Source: Candidatus Multivorans sp. (GTDB lineage Bacteria; Acidobacteriota; Thermoanaerobaculia; Multivoradales; Multivoraceae). Taken from it: 64,000 nt of DNA. Within the stretch, counting starts at the first letter, position 1, and each line of letters begins with the position of its first letter. Under the pieces are notes generated by a model that saw only the letters and a program-made list of their open reading frames with translations, was not told the origin of the DNA and ran no database searches. Shown here in pieces: positions 48,610 to 57,686 of this stretch. Where the stretch lies: positions 3,712,001-3,776,000 of the forward strand of contig OZ245033.1 in the NCBI GenBank assembly GCA_965224025.1, written 5' to 3'. Position numbers and translations under genes: made by a program.

Positions 48610-51600
48610 CCGCGGGCAACGGCAACCGGCCTGAGAAGACGTACTGGCGCAGCCTGGAACAGGTGCAGGGCGATTCCCGGGCCACCGATTTCCTGCACCG
48701 GGAGTTCCCGGAAGGCGCTTCCGAGGCGCCGCCCGAACTGCTCCAGGAGGGCTTGAGCCGGCGCAGCGTCCTCGCGATGCTCGGCTCCACCGCCTCCCTG
48801 GCCGGCCTGGCCGGATGCGACGTCATCCGCCGTCCGGTGGAACACATCGTTCCCTACGTCGACGCGCCGGAAGGCATGGTTCCCGGAATCCCGATGGCGT
48901 ACGCCACCACGATGCGGTTCGGCAACCGGGCCCTCGGCGTGGTCGTGGAGAGCCATGAAGGCAGGCCGACCAAGGTCGAGGGGAACGAACTCCACCCGTC
49001 TTCCGGCGGCGCCTCTGGAGTCTGGGCGCAGTCCTCCATCCTCGACCTGTACGACCCGGACCGCTCCAAGACGGTGCGATTCGGTGACCAGGCCTCGTCC
49101 TGGGACGACTTCGTCGCCGCCTGGACCGAAGGCGACCTCGCTCCCGCCGCCGACGGCGCCGGTCTGGCGATCCTCGCCGAGCCGTCCTCGTCGCCGACTC
49201 TGCTCCGGCTCAAGACGGCTCTGCTCGAACGCCATCCCCAGGCGCGCTGGGTGAGCTGGCAACCAGTGAGCGAAGAGAACGCCGACCGCGGTCTCGAATC
49301 GGTGGCCGGCAATCACTACCACGCCCTCTACCACCTGGAGCGGACGCAGGTTCTGCTCTCCCTCGACTCCGACCTCCTGGGCACGGAGGGCGACAGCGTC
49401 CGCAACCTGCGCGGCTACGCCAACGCCCGGCGCGTGGGCGACAACGGTTCCTCCGCGATGCTCCGGCACTACGCCGTCGACGGCGTCCACTCGGTCACGT
49501 CCGCCAACGCGGACCACCGGCTGCGGGTACAGAGTGGCCGTGTCGCCGCGTTCGTGGCCCAACTGGGACAGGCCCTCGCCGCACACGGCCTGGAAGTGCC
49601 GCTGGACGGCGGTGCGCCGGCCGCGGACATCGACGACGCCTGGGTGCAAGCGGTGGCGAAGGACCTGGCCGGGCACCGCGGCGCCGGCCTGATCGTCGCG
49701 GGCGACCGCCAGCCGGCGGAGGTCCACGCGGCGGTCTACGCCCTGAACTCGGCGCTCGGCAACGTCGGCGCTACGGTGACCTGCCACCAGACGCCGGACA
49801 GCGGCAGTTCGAGCGACGCCGACCTGGCCGCCCTGGTGGCGGCGATGAACGAAGGCGCAGTCGACCGCCTTGTTATCCTGGAGGCGAATCCGGTCTACAG
49901 CGCTCCCGCCGACCTCGACTTCGCCGCCGCGCTCGAGAACATGAACAGCGCCGGCGCGGTCATCCACGTCAGCACCCACCGTGACGAGACGAGCCGCCAC
50001 GCGCGTTGGCACGTGCCGCTCGCCCACTACCTCGAGAGCTGGGGCGACGCCCGCGCCACCGACGGCACGGCCAGCGTCGTCCAGCCCCTGATCGAGCCCC
50101 TCTACGGCGCCAGGAGCGCGATCGAGGTGCTGGCGCTGGCGGCCCTGGGCGAGGCGCGGGATGGTCGCGACCTGGTCCGCGAGACCTGGTCCGGGCTGCT
50201 CGGCCTGCCGCTTGACGAGAGTGCCGAGGGCGAAGAGGCGGCGATGGTACCGGCGGATGCCGAGTCCGGCGGCGAGGCTGCGGAAGGAGACGGAGGCGAG
50301 GAGGCGGACGCCCCGCCCGTCGATCCCATGTCGCTGCCGTTTCCGGTCGCGCTCTCCGAGTTCGAAGTCGCCTGGCGCCGGGTGCTCCATGACGGCGTGC
50401 AGGAAGGCAGCGCCGCGCCCGCGGCCGAGCTGGCAACCGTTACTCCCGAAGACTGCGCCACCGCGGTGCGGGCCGCCGGCGACGCCGCCAGGGCGGTCGC
50501 CCTTGGCGAGGAACTGGAGGTCGTCTTCCGCTGCTCCGCGGCTCTGTACGACGGACGCTTCGCGAACAACGGCTGGCTCCAGGAACTCCCCGATCCGATC
50601 ACCAAGCTGACCTGGGACAACGCGGCCCTGATCAGCCCGGCCACCGCAGCGGCCCTCGGCCTGGAGAACGAGGACCTGGTCACCGTCGCGTGCGGCGAAC
50701 GGGAACTCGAGTTGCCGGTGTGGCAGGTGCCCGGCCAGGCCGACCACAGCGTGACGATCGATCTCGGCTACGGTCGTGACTTTGGTGGCCGGATCGCCAG
50801 CAGCGCCAACGACGAGGATCACAACCCGGGCAGGAACGCCTATCTGCTGCGCACCTCGGACGCCCTGCACGTCGGCCGCTGCGCGCTCAAGGCCAGCGGC
50901 GGTTCGTACCCCCTGGCGCAGACCCAGGACCATCACTCGATGGAAGGTCGGCCGCTGGTCAAGGAAGCGGACCTCGACTATTTCGAGGAGCACCCCGACT
51001 TCGCCACCGCCCACAGCGAGAAGCCGCACGAGAACTCGATGTGGGACGAGTGGACCTACCGTGACTCGCCCCAGTGGGGCATGACGATCGATCTGAACGC
51101 CTGTGTGGGCTGCAACGCCTGCGTCATCGCCTGCCAGAGCGAGAACAACATTCCGATCGTCGGCAAGGAACAGGTGATGGAAGGCCGGGAGATGCACTGG
51201 CTGCGCATCGACCGCTACTTCTCCTCCGAGGGCGAACGCGACGGCCTCGTCGACGGTCTGCCTCACGACCCACAGACCAACTTCCAGCCGGTGCCCTGCA
51301 TGCAGTGCGAGAACGCGCCCTGCGAGCAGGTCTGCCCCGTCTCCGCCACCGTCCACGATGACGAAGGGCTGAACGCGATGGTCTACAACCGCTGCATCGG
51401 TACCCGCTACTGCTCGAACAACTGCCCGTACAAGGTCCGGCGATTCAACTACTTCAACTTCACCAAGGACACCCCCGAGGTGATGCACCTGGGCAAGAAC
51501 CCGGACGTCACGGTCCGTTCTCGCGGGGTGATGGAGAAGTGCACCTACTGCGTGCAGCGGATCAGCCGCGCCAAGGTCGACGCCAAGCGGGACGGCCGGC

Positions 51601-51872
51601 CTCTGGCCGACGGCGATGTCGTCACGGCCTGCCAGCAGGCCTGCCCTGCCGACGCGATCCGCTTCGGCGACATCACGGACGGGGCGAGCCAGGTCAGCGA
51701 GGCGAAAGCGGGTCCTCGCAACTACAACCTGCTCGACGATCTGCACACCAAGCCGCGGACCACCTACCTGGCGAAGATCCGGCATCCGAACCGGGACATC
51801 GTTCCCGCCCCGCCGCCGGTCGAGGACCACGGTGCAGCCGACGACGCCGGCCACGGCGGGGACGCGCACTGA
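48606..51872 (+). CDS. actB: Alternative complex III molybdopterin-like/Fe-S subunit (fused B1-B2)
   Basis: YWRSL..EFP..SRRS Tat variant plus LAGC lipobox; EGRPTKVEGN, WLQELPDPITKLTWDN; four Fe-S motifs CVGCNACVIAC, CMQCENAPC, CIGTRYCSNNC, CTYC..CQQAC. Confidence 0.93.
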   Translation: MTAGNGNRPEKTYWRSLEQVQGDSRATDFLHREFPEGASEAPPELLQEGLSRRSVLAMLGSTASLAGLAGCDVIRRPVEHIVPYVDAPEGMVPGIPMAYATTMRFGNRALGVVVESHEGRPTKVEGNELHPSSGGASGVWAQSSILDLYDPDRSKTVRFGDQASSWDDFVAAWTEGDLAPAADGAGLAILAEPSSSPTLLRLKTALLERHPQARWVSWQPVSEENADRGLESVAGNHYHALYHLERTQVLLSLDSDLLGTEGDSVRNLRGYANARRVGDNGSSAMLRHYAVDGVHSVTSANADHRLRVQSGRVAAFVAQLGQALAAHGLEVPLDGGAPAADIDDAWVQAVAKDLAGHRGAGLIVAGDRQPAEVHAAVYALNSALGNVGATVTCHQTPDSGSSSDADLAALVAAMNEGAVDRLVILEANPVYSAPADLDFAAALENMNSAGAVIHVSTHRDETSRHARWHVPLAHYLESWGDARATDGTASVVQPLIEPLYGARSAIEVLALAALGEARDGRDLVRETWSGLLGLPLDESAEGEEAAMVPADAESGGEAAEGDGGEEADAPPVDPMSLPFPVALSEFEVAWRRVLHDGVQEGSAAPAAELATVTPEDCATAVRAAGDAARAVALGEELEVVFRCSAALYDGRFANNGWLQELPDPITKLTWDNAALISPATAAALGLENEDLVTVACGERELELPVWQVPGQADHSVTIDLGYGRDFGGRIASSANDEDHNPGRNAYLLRTSDALHVGRCALKASGGSYPLAQTQDHHSMEGRPLVKEADLDYFEEHPDFATAHSEKPHENSMWDEWTYRDSPQWGMTIDLNACVGCNACVIACQSENNIPIVGKEQVMEGREMHWLRIDRYFSSEGERDGLVDGLPHDPQTNFQPVPCMQCENAPCEQVCPVSATVHDDEGLNAMVYNRCIGTRYCSNNCPYKVRRFNYFNFTKDTPEVMHLGKNPDVTVRSRGVMEKCTYCVQRISRAKVDAKRDGRPLADGDVVTACQQACPADAIRFGDITDGASQVSEAKAGPRNYNLLDDLHTKPRTTYLAKIRHPNRDIVPAPPPVEDHGAADDAGHGGDAH

Positions 51873-52486
51873 TGCGCGAGGCGATGAGATTCCGGAAGGG
51901 GCACCGGCGGCTCGCGGGCGCCGCCTTCGCCGCGGCTCTCCTCCTGCTCGGTTGCCGGGGCATGCCCTCGCCGTATCCACCGATCCACCTGAATCCGAAC
52001 ATGGACTACCAGGAGCGCTACGATCCCCAGGAGGCGAGCGGCTTCTTCTACGACGGGATGGCGATGCGCCAGCCGGTCGCCGGCACCGTGGCGCGCGGTC
52101 AGCTCGACATCGACCACCGCCTGCTGTTCGGCCGCGACGACGAGGGTTACTTTCTGGAAGGTTCGCCGATCCCGGCCACCGACGAAGTGCTGGCCCGCGG
52201 ACAGAACCGCTACGCGATCTACTGCCAGCCGTGCCATGACGAGCGCGGCACCGGACAGGGCATCCTGTTCGAACGGGCCAGCACACCCACAGCGTCGCTT
52301 CACGACGAACGGATCGCCGGCTACAACGATGGCCGCCTCTACGACGTCATCACGAACGGTTCCGGGCTGATGGCGGGCTACCGCTACCCGCTCGAGACCG
52401 AGGATCGCTGGGCGGTCGTGGCCTACGTCCGCGAGTTGCAGGAAGAACGCCGCACGATGCAGGCGGAGCGGGAAGCCCGCCAGTAA
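51872..52486 (+). CDS. actE: Alternative complex III monoheme cytochrome c lipoprotein
   Basis: Lipobox LLGC; NMDYQ, MRQPVAGTVARG, RYAIYCQPCH, ITNGSGLM and DRWAVVAYVR motifs. Confidence 0.88.
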   Translation: MREAMRFRKGHRRLAGAAFAAALLLLGCRGMPSPYPPIHLNPNMDYQERYDPQEASGFFYDGMAMRQPVAGTVARGQLDIDHRLLFGRDDEGYFLEGSPIPATDEVLARGQNRYAIYCQPCHDERGTGQGILFERASTPTASLHDERIAGYNDGRLYDVITNGSGLMAGYRYPLETEDRWAVVAYVRELQEERRTMQAEREARQ

Positions 52487-52508
52487 CGCCCTCAGGGGTG
52501 GAGAGCCA

Positions 52509-54440
52509 GTGACCAGAAACAAGATCCTCTTCGGTATCGGCGTTCTCGCCTTCGTGGCGGTGATCGCCACGGTGCGCCTGGGCGGTTTCCTGGTGGACAA
52601 CGAGTACCGCCAGCCGGAGCGTCAGGTGGCGGCCGAGGAAGCGGTGGGCGAGGCCGAACCGACCCCGCGTCAGCAGGGCATCGCCGACGAGCAGGCCGCC
52701 GACGAAGCGGAGGCGAAGGCCAGGCCCTACGTGGAGGCGGAGTACCGCACGGTTCCGTTCGTCGGCAGCCGGGTCACGGTGTGGGTGCTGGCGCAGCTTC
52801 ACCTGCTGTTCGCCGCCTTCGTGCTGGCGGTGCCGCTGTTCGCCTTCATCATCGAGTTCGTCGGCTACGTCACCAAGGAAGAGCGCTACGACAAGCTGGC
52901 CTACGAGTTCACGAAGCTCTTGAGCGTCTCGTTCTCGATGACCGCCACCTTCGGCGCGTTCCTGACCTTCGGGCTGATCATCCTGTACCCGAAGTTCACG
53001 AACTACCTGATGCACATCTTCTCGCCGACCTTCCTGCCCTACGTGCTGCTGTTCTTCCTGGAAGCGCTCTTCCTCTACAGCTACTACTACGGCTGGGGCA
53101 AGTTCGGGCCGAAGATGCACCTGTTCCTCGGTTTCATGCTGAACGTGGTGGGCACCGCGATCATGTTCATCGCCAATGCCTGGTTGACCTTCATGATGTC
53201 GCCCGGCAAGAGGGAGGACGTCGACGGAGACGGCATCCCGGACTTCGTCTCCGCCGTCTCGGAGAGCGGCGCTCTGCTCAGCCTCCGGGACGCTTTCTTC
53301 AACTTCACCTGGATGCCGATCAACATCCACCGGATCATCGCCAACGTCGCCTTCGGCGGCTCGATCGCCGCCGCGTACGCCGCCTTCCGCTATCTGCAGG
53401 CGAAGACCGACGAGGAAAAGGCCCACTTCGACTGGATGGGCTACATCGGCAACTTCGTCGCCATCATCGCCTTCCTGCCGCTGCCGTTCGCCGGCTACTA
53501 CCTGGCAAGCGAGATCTACGCCTTCAGCCAGACCCTGGGCATCCAGATGATGGGCGGCACCTTCTCCTGGCTCTTCGTCCTCCAGGCGGCGCTGATCGGC
53601 AACCTGTTCCTGGGCGCGAACTACTACCTGTGGCTGGGAATGGGCCGCATCGAAGGCACCGCCCACTTCCAGAAATTCATCAAGTATCTGCTGATCGCGA
53701 TCGCGCTCTGCTTCGCCGTCTGGGCCACGCCGCGCTATGCGATCTCGTCCGTCTCCGAGATCGCCGCCATGGGCGGCGGCAGCCACCCGCAGCTCCGCTA
53801 TCTGGGGCAGATGTCGGCCAAGAACACGGCGGTCAACATCCTGATCCTCTCGACCTACATGAGCTTCCTGCTCTACCGGCGAACCGGCAAGCAGTCGACC
53901 CACCTTCATCGGCAGCTCCTGACCCGCGCCCAGGTCGTGGTCTTCGCCGCGACCGCGTCGCTGGTCGTCTTCTTCGGCGTGTACGGCTACTACGTCGACG
54001 CCGCGACGCGAGTCCGACTCGCCATACCCCAGGTCTACTCCGTGCTCGCCGCGATGGTCGTGATCACCATCATCGACCTGCCTCTGTACCGAAACGCCAG
54101 GCGGCCCGGCGAGACGCAATGGGGCAAGATGCCCGCGATCTCGCAGTACGCACTCATCTTCATCGCACTGAGCTTCACCTGGCTGATGGGCCTGATGGGA
54201 TACGTCCGCTCCGGCCTGCGACAGGAATGGCACGTGTACGGTGTAGTCCTCGATACCTCCCCGGACGCCCATACACCCACCCTCGGGTTCGCCACCCAGG
54301 TCGTTTCGGTCACCGTTCTCATCTTCTTCGGCCTGCTCGGCGTCGTCTTCTGGCTCAGCAGCCTCGCCGGCAAGAAGCCCTGGCAGCCGAAGACGGCCAC
54401 GGAAGCCGACGGCCGGCTCGAGGAGGGGCAATCGGCATGA
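52509..54440 (+). CDS. Cytochrome bd-like (CydA-related) membrane oxidase subunit
   Basis: Many TMs; QLHLLFAAF (His19-like), FFLEALFLY, NAW..MMSPG, INIHRII (His186-like), GLRQEWHVYG (GRQPW-like); no cydB follows. Confidence 0.82.
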   Translation: MTRNKILFGIGVLAFVAVIATVRLGGFLVDNEYRQPERQVAAEEAVGEAEPTPRQQGIADEQAADEAEAKARPYVEAEYRTVPFVGSRVTVWVLAQLHLLFAAFVLAVPLFAFIIEFVGYVTKEERYDKLAYEFTKLLSVSFSMTATFGAFLTFGLIILYPKFTNYLMHIFSPTFLPYVLLFFLEALFLYSYYYGWGKFGPKMHLFLGFMLNVVGTAIMFIANAWLTFMMSPGKREDVDGDGIPDFVSAVSESGALLSLRDAFFNFTWMPINIHRIIANVAFGGSIAAAYAAFRYLQAKTDEEKAHFDWMGYIGNFVAIIAFLPLPFAGYYLASEIYAFSQTLGIQMMGGTFSWLFVLQAALIGNLFLGANYYLWLGMGRIEGTAHFQKFIKYLLIAIALCFAVWATPRYAISSVSEIAAMGGGSHPQLRYLGQMSAKNTAVNILILSTYMSFLLYRRTGKQSTHLHRQLLTRAQVVVFAATASLVVFFGVYGYYVDAATRVRLAIPQVYSVLAAMVVITIIDLPLYRNARRPGETQWGKMPAISQYALIFIALSFTWLMGLMGYVRSGLRQEWHVYGVVLDTSPDAHTPTLGFATQVVSVTVLIFFGLLGVVFWLSSLAGKKPWQPKTATEADGRLEEGQSA

Positions 54441-54922
54441 AGCTGAACGTCCCGATGCCGCTCCGGCTGGTCCTCCTGGTCCTGGGCACCACGGCCTTCT
54501 ACATGTACCTGGGCCAGATCGTGCCCCAGAAGGAGGTACACCCTCCACCGCCGGTGCTGATCAACGCCGAGATGACGACCGAGGATTTGATCGCGGTCGG
54601 CAGCGAGCTCGCCAACGGCAAGGGGCAATGCCTCGCAGCCTGCCACTCGATCGGGTCCAGCGGACCAAGCCGCTATCCGGATCTGGGTGGCATCGGACAG
54701 CGCGCGGCGACGCGGCTCGAGGGGCTGTCCGATGTCGAGTATCTGGCGCAGTCTCTCTACGAACCGGGAAGCTTCGTCGTGCCTGGCTACGAGGACGGTA
54801 TGCAGCCCATGAACGAGCCGCCCATCAGTCTCTCCGATGACGAGATCAAGGCCGTGATCGCCTGGCTGCAGAGCCTGGGCGGAACGCCGTCCGTGACCTT
54901 GGACACCGACCTCGGTTACTAA
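54437..54922 (+). CDS. Membrane-anchored monoheme cytochrome c with CX3CH motif
   Basis: N-terminal TM; GKGQCLAACH, PDLGG, YLAQSLYEP..VVPGY..MQP; ATGA overlap with upstream gene. Confidence 0.82.
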   Translation: MKLNVPMPLRLVLLVLGTTAFYMYLGQIVPQKEVHPPPPVLINAEMTTEDLIAVGSELANGKGQCLAACHSIGSSGPSRYPDLGGIGQRAATRLEGLSDVEYLAQSLYEPGSFVVPGYEDGMQPMNEPPISLSDDEIKAVIAWLQSLGGTPSVTLDTDLGY

Positions 54923-55047
54923 GGCTCAACTTTCAGAAACTATTGAAGCAATGAGGAACAACCGTCAACTCGCCTCTGTTCTGAGGAGTGACTGCTCCCT
55001 CGCGGGTGGGCATCCGGCCCCCGAACCTTCACGGAACTGACTCGATC

Positions 55048-55866
55048 ATGTGGGGACTCAACTTACCGGTTCTTCTGGGCCTGGCCGCGGTCGCCGGTGT
55101 ACTGGCCTGGCGCCGGGTAGACACACTCACCTGGCTGCTCTTCGCCTGGGGCGCGCTGTGGGCCTTCTTCAAGTTCGGATTCGCGGTGCCGATCCCGCAG
55201 TCGGTGGCCACGATCTACCTGGGGATCGCCACCCTGGCACTCGTCTGCTACGCCTCGTCGAGCCGCGAGCGCCTGGTCGAGACGGTCGCGCCGATCAAAC
55301 GGCTCATCCTCGAACCGCGGCGCCTGCCGCTTCTGGCCGCGGTACTGGTGGCGCTGCCCGCCCTGGCCGCCTACAACGTCTACGCGGACATGAGTGTCCC
55401 GCTCGAGGCGCCCGGATTCGGGCGCGAGGTGCATCCGCCGCCGCCAACTGAGATCACGGTCCACGACGAGGCGATCGACATGGCGACCGCGGACAATCCC
55501 TACACCCACCTCCACGAAGACGATCCCGAAGCGTACGAGGAGCACCTGGAGAACGGTCGCCGCGTCTACTACCAGAACTGCTTCTGGTGCCACGGCGACG
55601 GCATGGGCGGCGACGGCATGTTCGCCCACGGCCTGAACCCGGTGCCCAGCGACTTCAACGACGTCGGCACGCTGCCGATTCTGCAGTCCTCCTTCGTCCA
55701 CTGGCGGATCGCCCTCGGCGGTCCCGGTCTCCCGGAAGGCGGCACGCCCTGGGACAGCGCCATGCCGGCATGGGAGCTGTTCCTGACCACCGAGGAGATG
55801 TGGGACGTCAACCTGTTCATCTACGACTTCAACGGCTTCGAGCCGCGCGCGCTGGGGCAGCACTGA
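55048..55866 (+). CDS. Multi-TM membrane cytochrome c (monoheme)
   Basis: About four N-terminal TMs; GRRVYYQNCFWCHGD; PWDSAMPAW; start could be 54988. Confidence 0.85.
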   Translation: MWGLNLPVLLGLAAVAGVLAWRRVDTLTWLLFAWGALWAFFKFGFAVPIPQSVATIYLGIATLALVCYASSSRERLVETVAPIKRLILEPRRLPLLAAVLVALPALAAYNVYADMSVPLEAPGFGREVHPPPPTEITVHDEAIDMATADNPYTHLHEDDPEAYEEHLENGRRVYYQNCFWCHGDGMGGDGMFAHGLNPVPSDFNDVGTLPILQSSFVHWRIALGGPGLPEGGTPWDSAMPAWELFLTTEEMWDVNLFIYDFNGFEPRALGQH

Positions 55867-57614
55867 TGGCTGCACGCATCGACCCGGCCGCCGTTGCGGC
55901 TGCTGCCGCACTCCTGGCGGCGCCTCTGGCCGCCCAGGTCGACCTCGGCACCGAAGAGCAGCGAGCCGCCGGCAAGGTCGTCTACGACAGGTACTGCGGC
56001 CAGTGCCACGGCGACGAGGGCGACGGCAACGGCTACGCCACCCCGCGGGTCAAGCCCAAGCCGCGCGACTTCACGTCCGGCAAGTACAAGTTCCGCACCA
56101 CGCCGAACGGGATGCTCCCCACGGACGACGACCTGCGCCGCGCGATCGAAATCGGCCTCCCCTACACCTCGATGCCGGGCTGGCCCAACCTGACGAGCAC
56201 CGAAATCGACAACGTCATCTACTACATCAAGTCCTTCTCGCCCGACTTCGAGAACCCGGACCGCTACGGTGAACCGCTCGACATTCCCCGGCCGCTCGAG
56301 TCCACCGAGGAGTCGATCGCCCGCGGGCGCGTGGTCTACGAAGAGCAGGGCTGCGCCGCCTGTCACGGCGAGGTCGGCCGCGGCGACGGCACCTCGGCGC
56401 CGACCCTGGTCAACGACAAGAACGAGCCCATCAAGGCCGCGGACCTGACCCAGCGCTGGACCTACCGAGGCGGCGCGACCAAGGAGGACATCTACCGGAC
56501 CTTCTCCACCGGGCTCAACGGCACACCGATGCCGTCGTACGCGGACTCGCTCGAAGTAGAGGACCGCCAACACCTGGTGAACTACGTCTACTCCCTGGGC
56601 GACGGCGACGACCCCGGCTACGGCACGCTGATCACCGCCGCATGGACCGAGGAGGCGATCGACCTGCAGGACGCGGAAGCGCTCGACGCCCTGTTCCAGG
56701 CCGCGCCGATGACCCGCTTCCCACTGATCGGGCAGATCACCGAGCCGGGGCGGAACTTCTATCCCTCGGTCACGTCGATCGAAGCCCAGGCCGTCTACAA
56801 CCGCGGCGAGATCGCCTTCCGGGTGCGCTGGAACGATCTTCGTGCCGACAACACGGGCAGGAGCAACCCCGCCCTCGAAGTGCCGACGTGGGACGAGGAC
56901 AACGGCTTCGGTGGCGACAGCGGTGGCGACGACGGCGGCTTCTTCGGTGTCGAGGAGGACTCCGGAGATGACGGCGGCTTCTTCGGCGTCGAGACCGCGG
57001 ACGACAGTGCTGACGACTTCTTCGGCGGCGCCGACGGTTTCTTCGGCGGCGGCGACGACGCCGGCAGCGACGGCGCCGAATTCTCGGATGCCGTAGCGCT
57101 GCAGTTCCCGGCCTCGCTCGCGCCCGAAGACCAGCCCCAACTCAAGCCTTACTTCCTGTTCGGCGACAGCCAGAACCCGGTCGACCTCTGGTTCGTCAAC
57201 CTGACCTACGGAGTCGCGGACACCTTCCGCGGCCGCGGCAGCGGCGCGATCGAGCCGACCGAGGCCGACATCGTCGAAGCCGTGACCTCCTACGACCAGG
57301 GCGAGTGGACGGTGACCTACAAGCGGCGGCGCGGGTCGCGTGCCGGCGTCAGCTTCGCCGAGCAGCAGTACACGCCGATCGCCTTCAGCGTGTGGGACGG
57401 CTTCAACCGGGAACGCGGCAACAAGCGCGCCCTGTCGTCCTGGTTCTACGTCTACACCGAACCCAGCGTGAAGCAGGCAGCGACCATCCCGGTGCTGCGC
57501 GCCGCCTTCATCGTGCTCTTGATCGAGTTGCTCGTCGTGTTCCTGGTGCGCCGCCGAGCGAGCCAGCAGCAGGAGGGCGCCGCCCTCACCGGCACCGAAG
57601 CCACCGCGGTCTGA
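55866..57614 (+). CDS. Diheme cytochrome c fused to ethylbenzene dehydrogenase gamma / NxrC-like (EB_dh) domain, C-terminal TM
   Basis: CGQCH and CAACH; FSDAVALQFP, PVDLW, GEWTVTYKR and PIAFSVWDG..ERGNK typical of type II DMSO reductase heme b subunits. Confidence 0.82.
   Translation: MAARIDPAAVAAAAALLAAPLAAQVDLGTEEQRAAGKVVYDRYCGQCHGDEGDGNGYATPRVKPKPRDFTSGKYKFRTTPNGMLPTDDDLRRAIEIGLPYTSMPGWPNLTSTEIDNVIYYIKSFSPDFENPDRYGEPLDIPRPLESTEESIARGRVVYEEQGCAACHGEVGRGDGTSAPTLVNDKNEPIKAADLTQRWTYRGGATKEDIYRTFSTGLNGTPMPSYADSLEVEDRQHLVNYVYSLGDGDDPGYGTLITAAWTEEAIDLQDAEALDALFQAAPMTRFPLIGQITEPGRNFYPSVTSIEAQAVYNRGEIAFRVRWNDLRADNTGRSNPALEVPTWDEDNGFGGDSGGDDGGFFGVEEDSGDDGGFFGVETADDSADDFFGGADGFFGGGDDAGSDGAEFSDAVALQFPASLAPEDQPQLKPYFLFGDSQNPVDLWFVNLTYGVADTFRGRGSGAIEPTEADIVEAVTSYDQGEWTVTYKRRRGSRAGVSFAEQQYTPIAFSVWDGFNRERGNKRALSSWFYVYTEPSVKQAATIPVLRAAFIVLLIELLVVFLVRRRASQQQEGAALTGTEATAV
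56892..57080 (+). repeat. Coding low-complexity repeat (D/G-rich, GFFG units)
   Basis: DDGGFFGVE twice, plus DDFFGG and DGFFGG; repeated TTCTTCGG units. Confidence 0.8.
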
Positions 57615-57686
57615 TTACCGCTCCGTTCACATACCGCTACGTCCCATCTCTCGGAACCGACACTCCGTCAACAGAAGAGACACCCC

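Noticed and set aside
48606-51872. ActB as a catalytic molybdoenzyme (nitrite oxidoreductase / nitrate reductase alpha)
   Set aside because: The YWRSL Tat variant, fused four-cluster Fe-S domain and actA/actE context identify ActB, which is known to lack Mo cofactor. No NxrA/NarG gene is in the window, so nitrite oxidation is not claimed.
48531-52286. Long antisense and alternate-frame ORFs (this one and many others)
   Set aside because: These are shadow ORFs expected at high GC, with no recognisable motifs, opposite well-supported genes.
54951-55040. Small ORF MRNNRQLAS.. as an extra subunit
   Set aside because: No hydrophobic helix, atypical codon use and no clear RBS.
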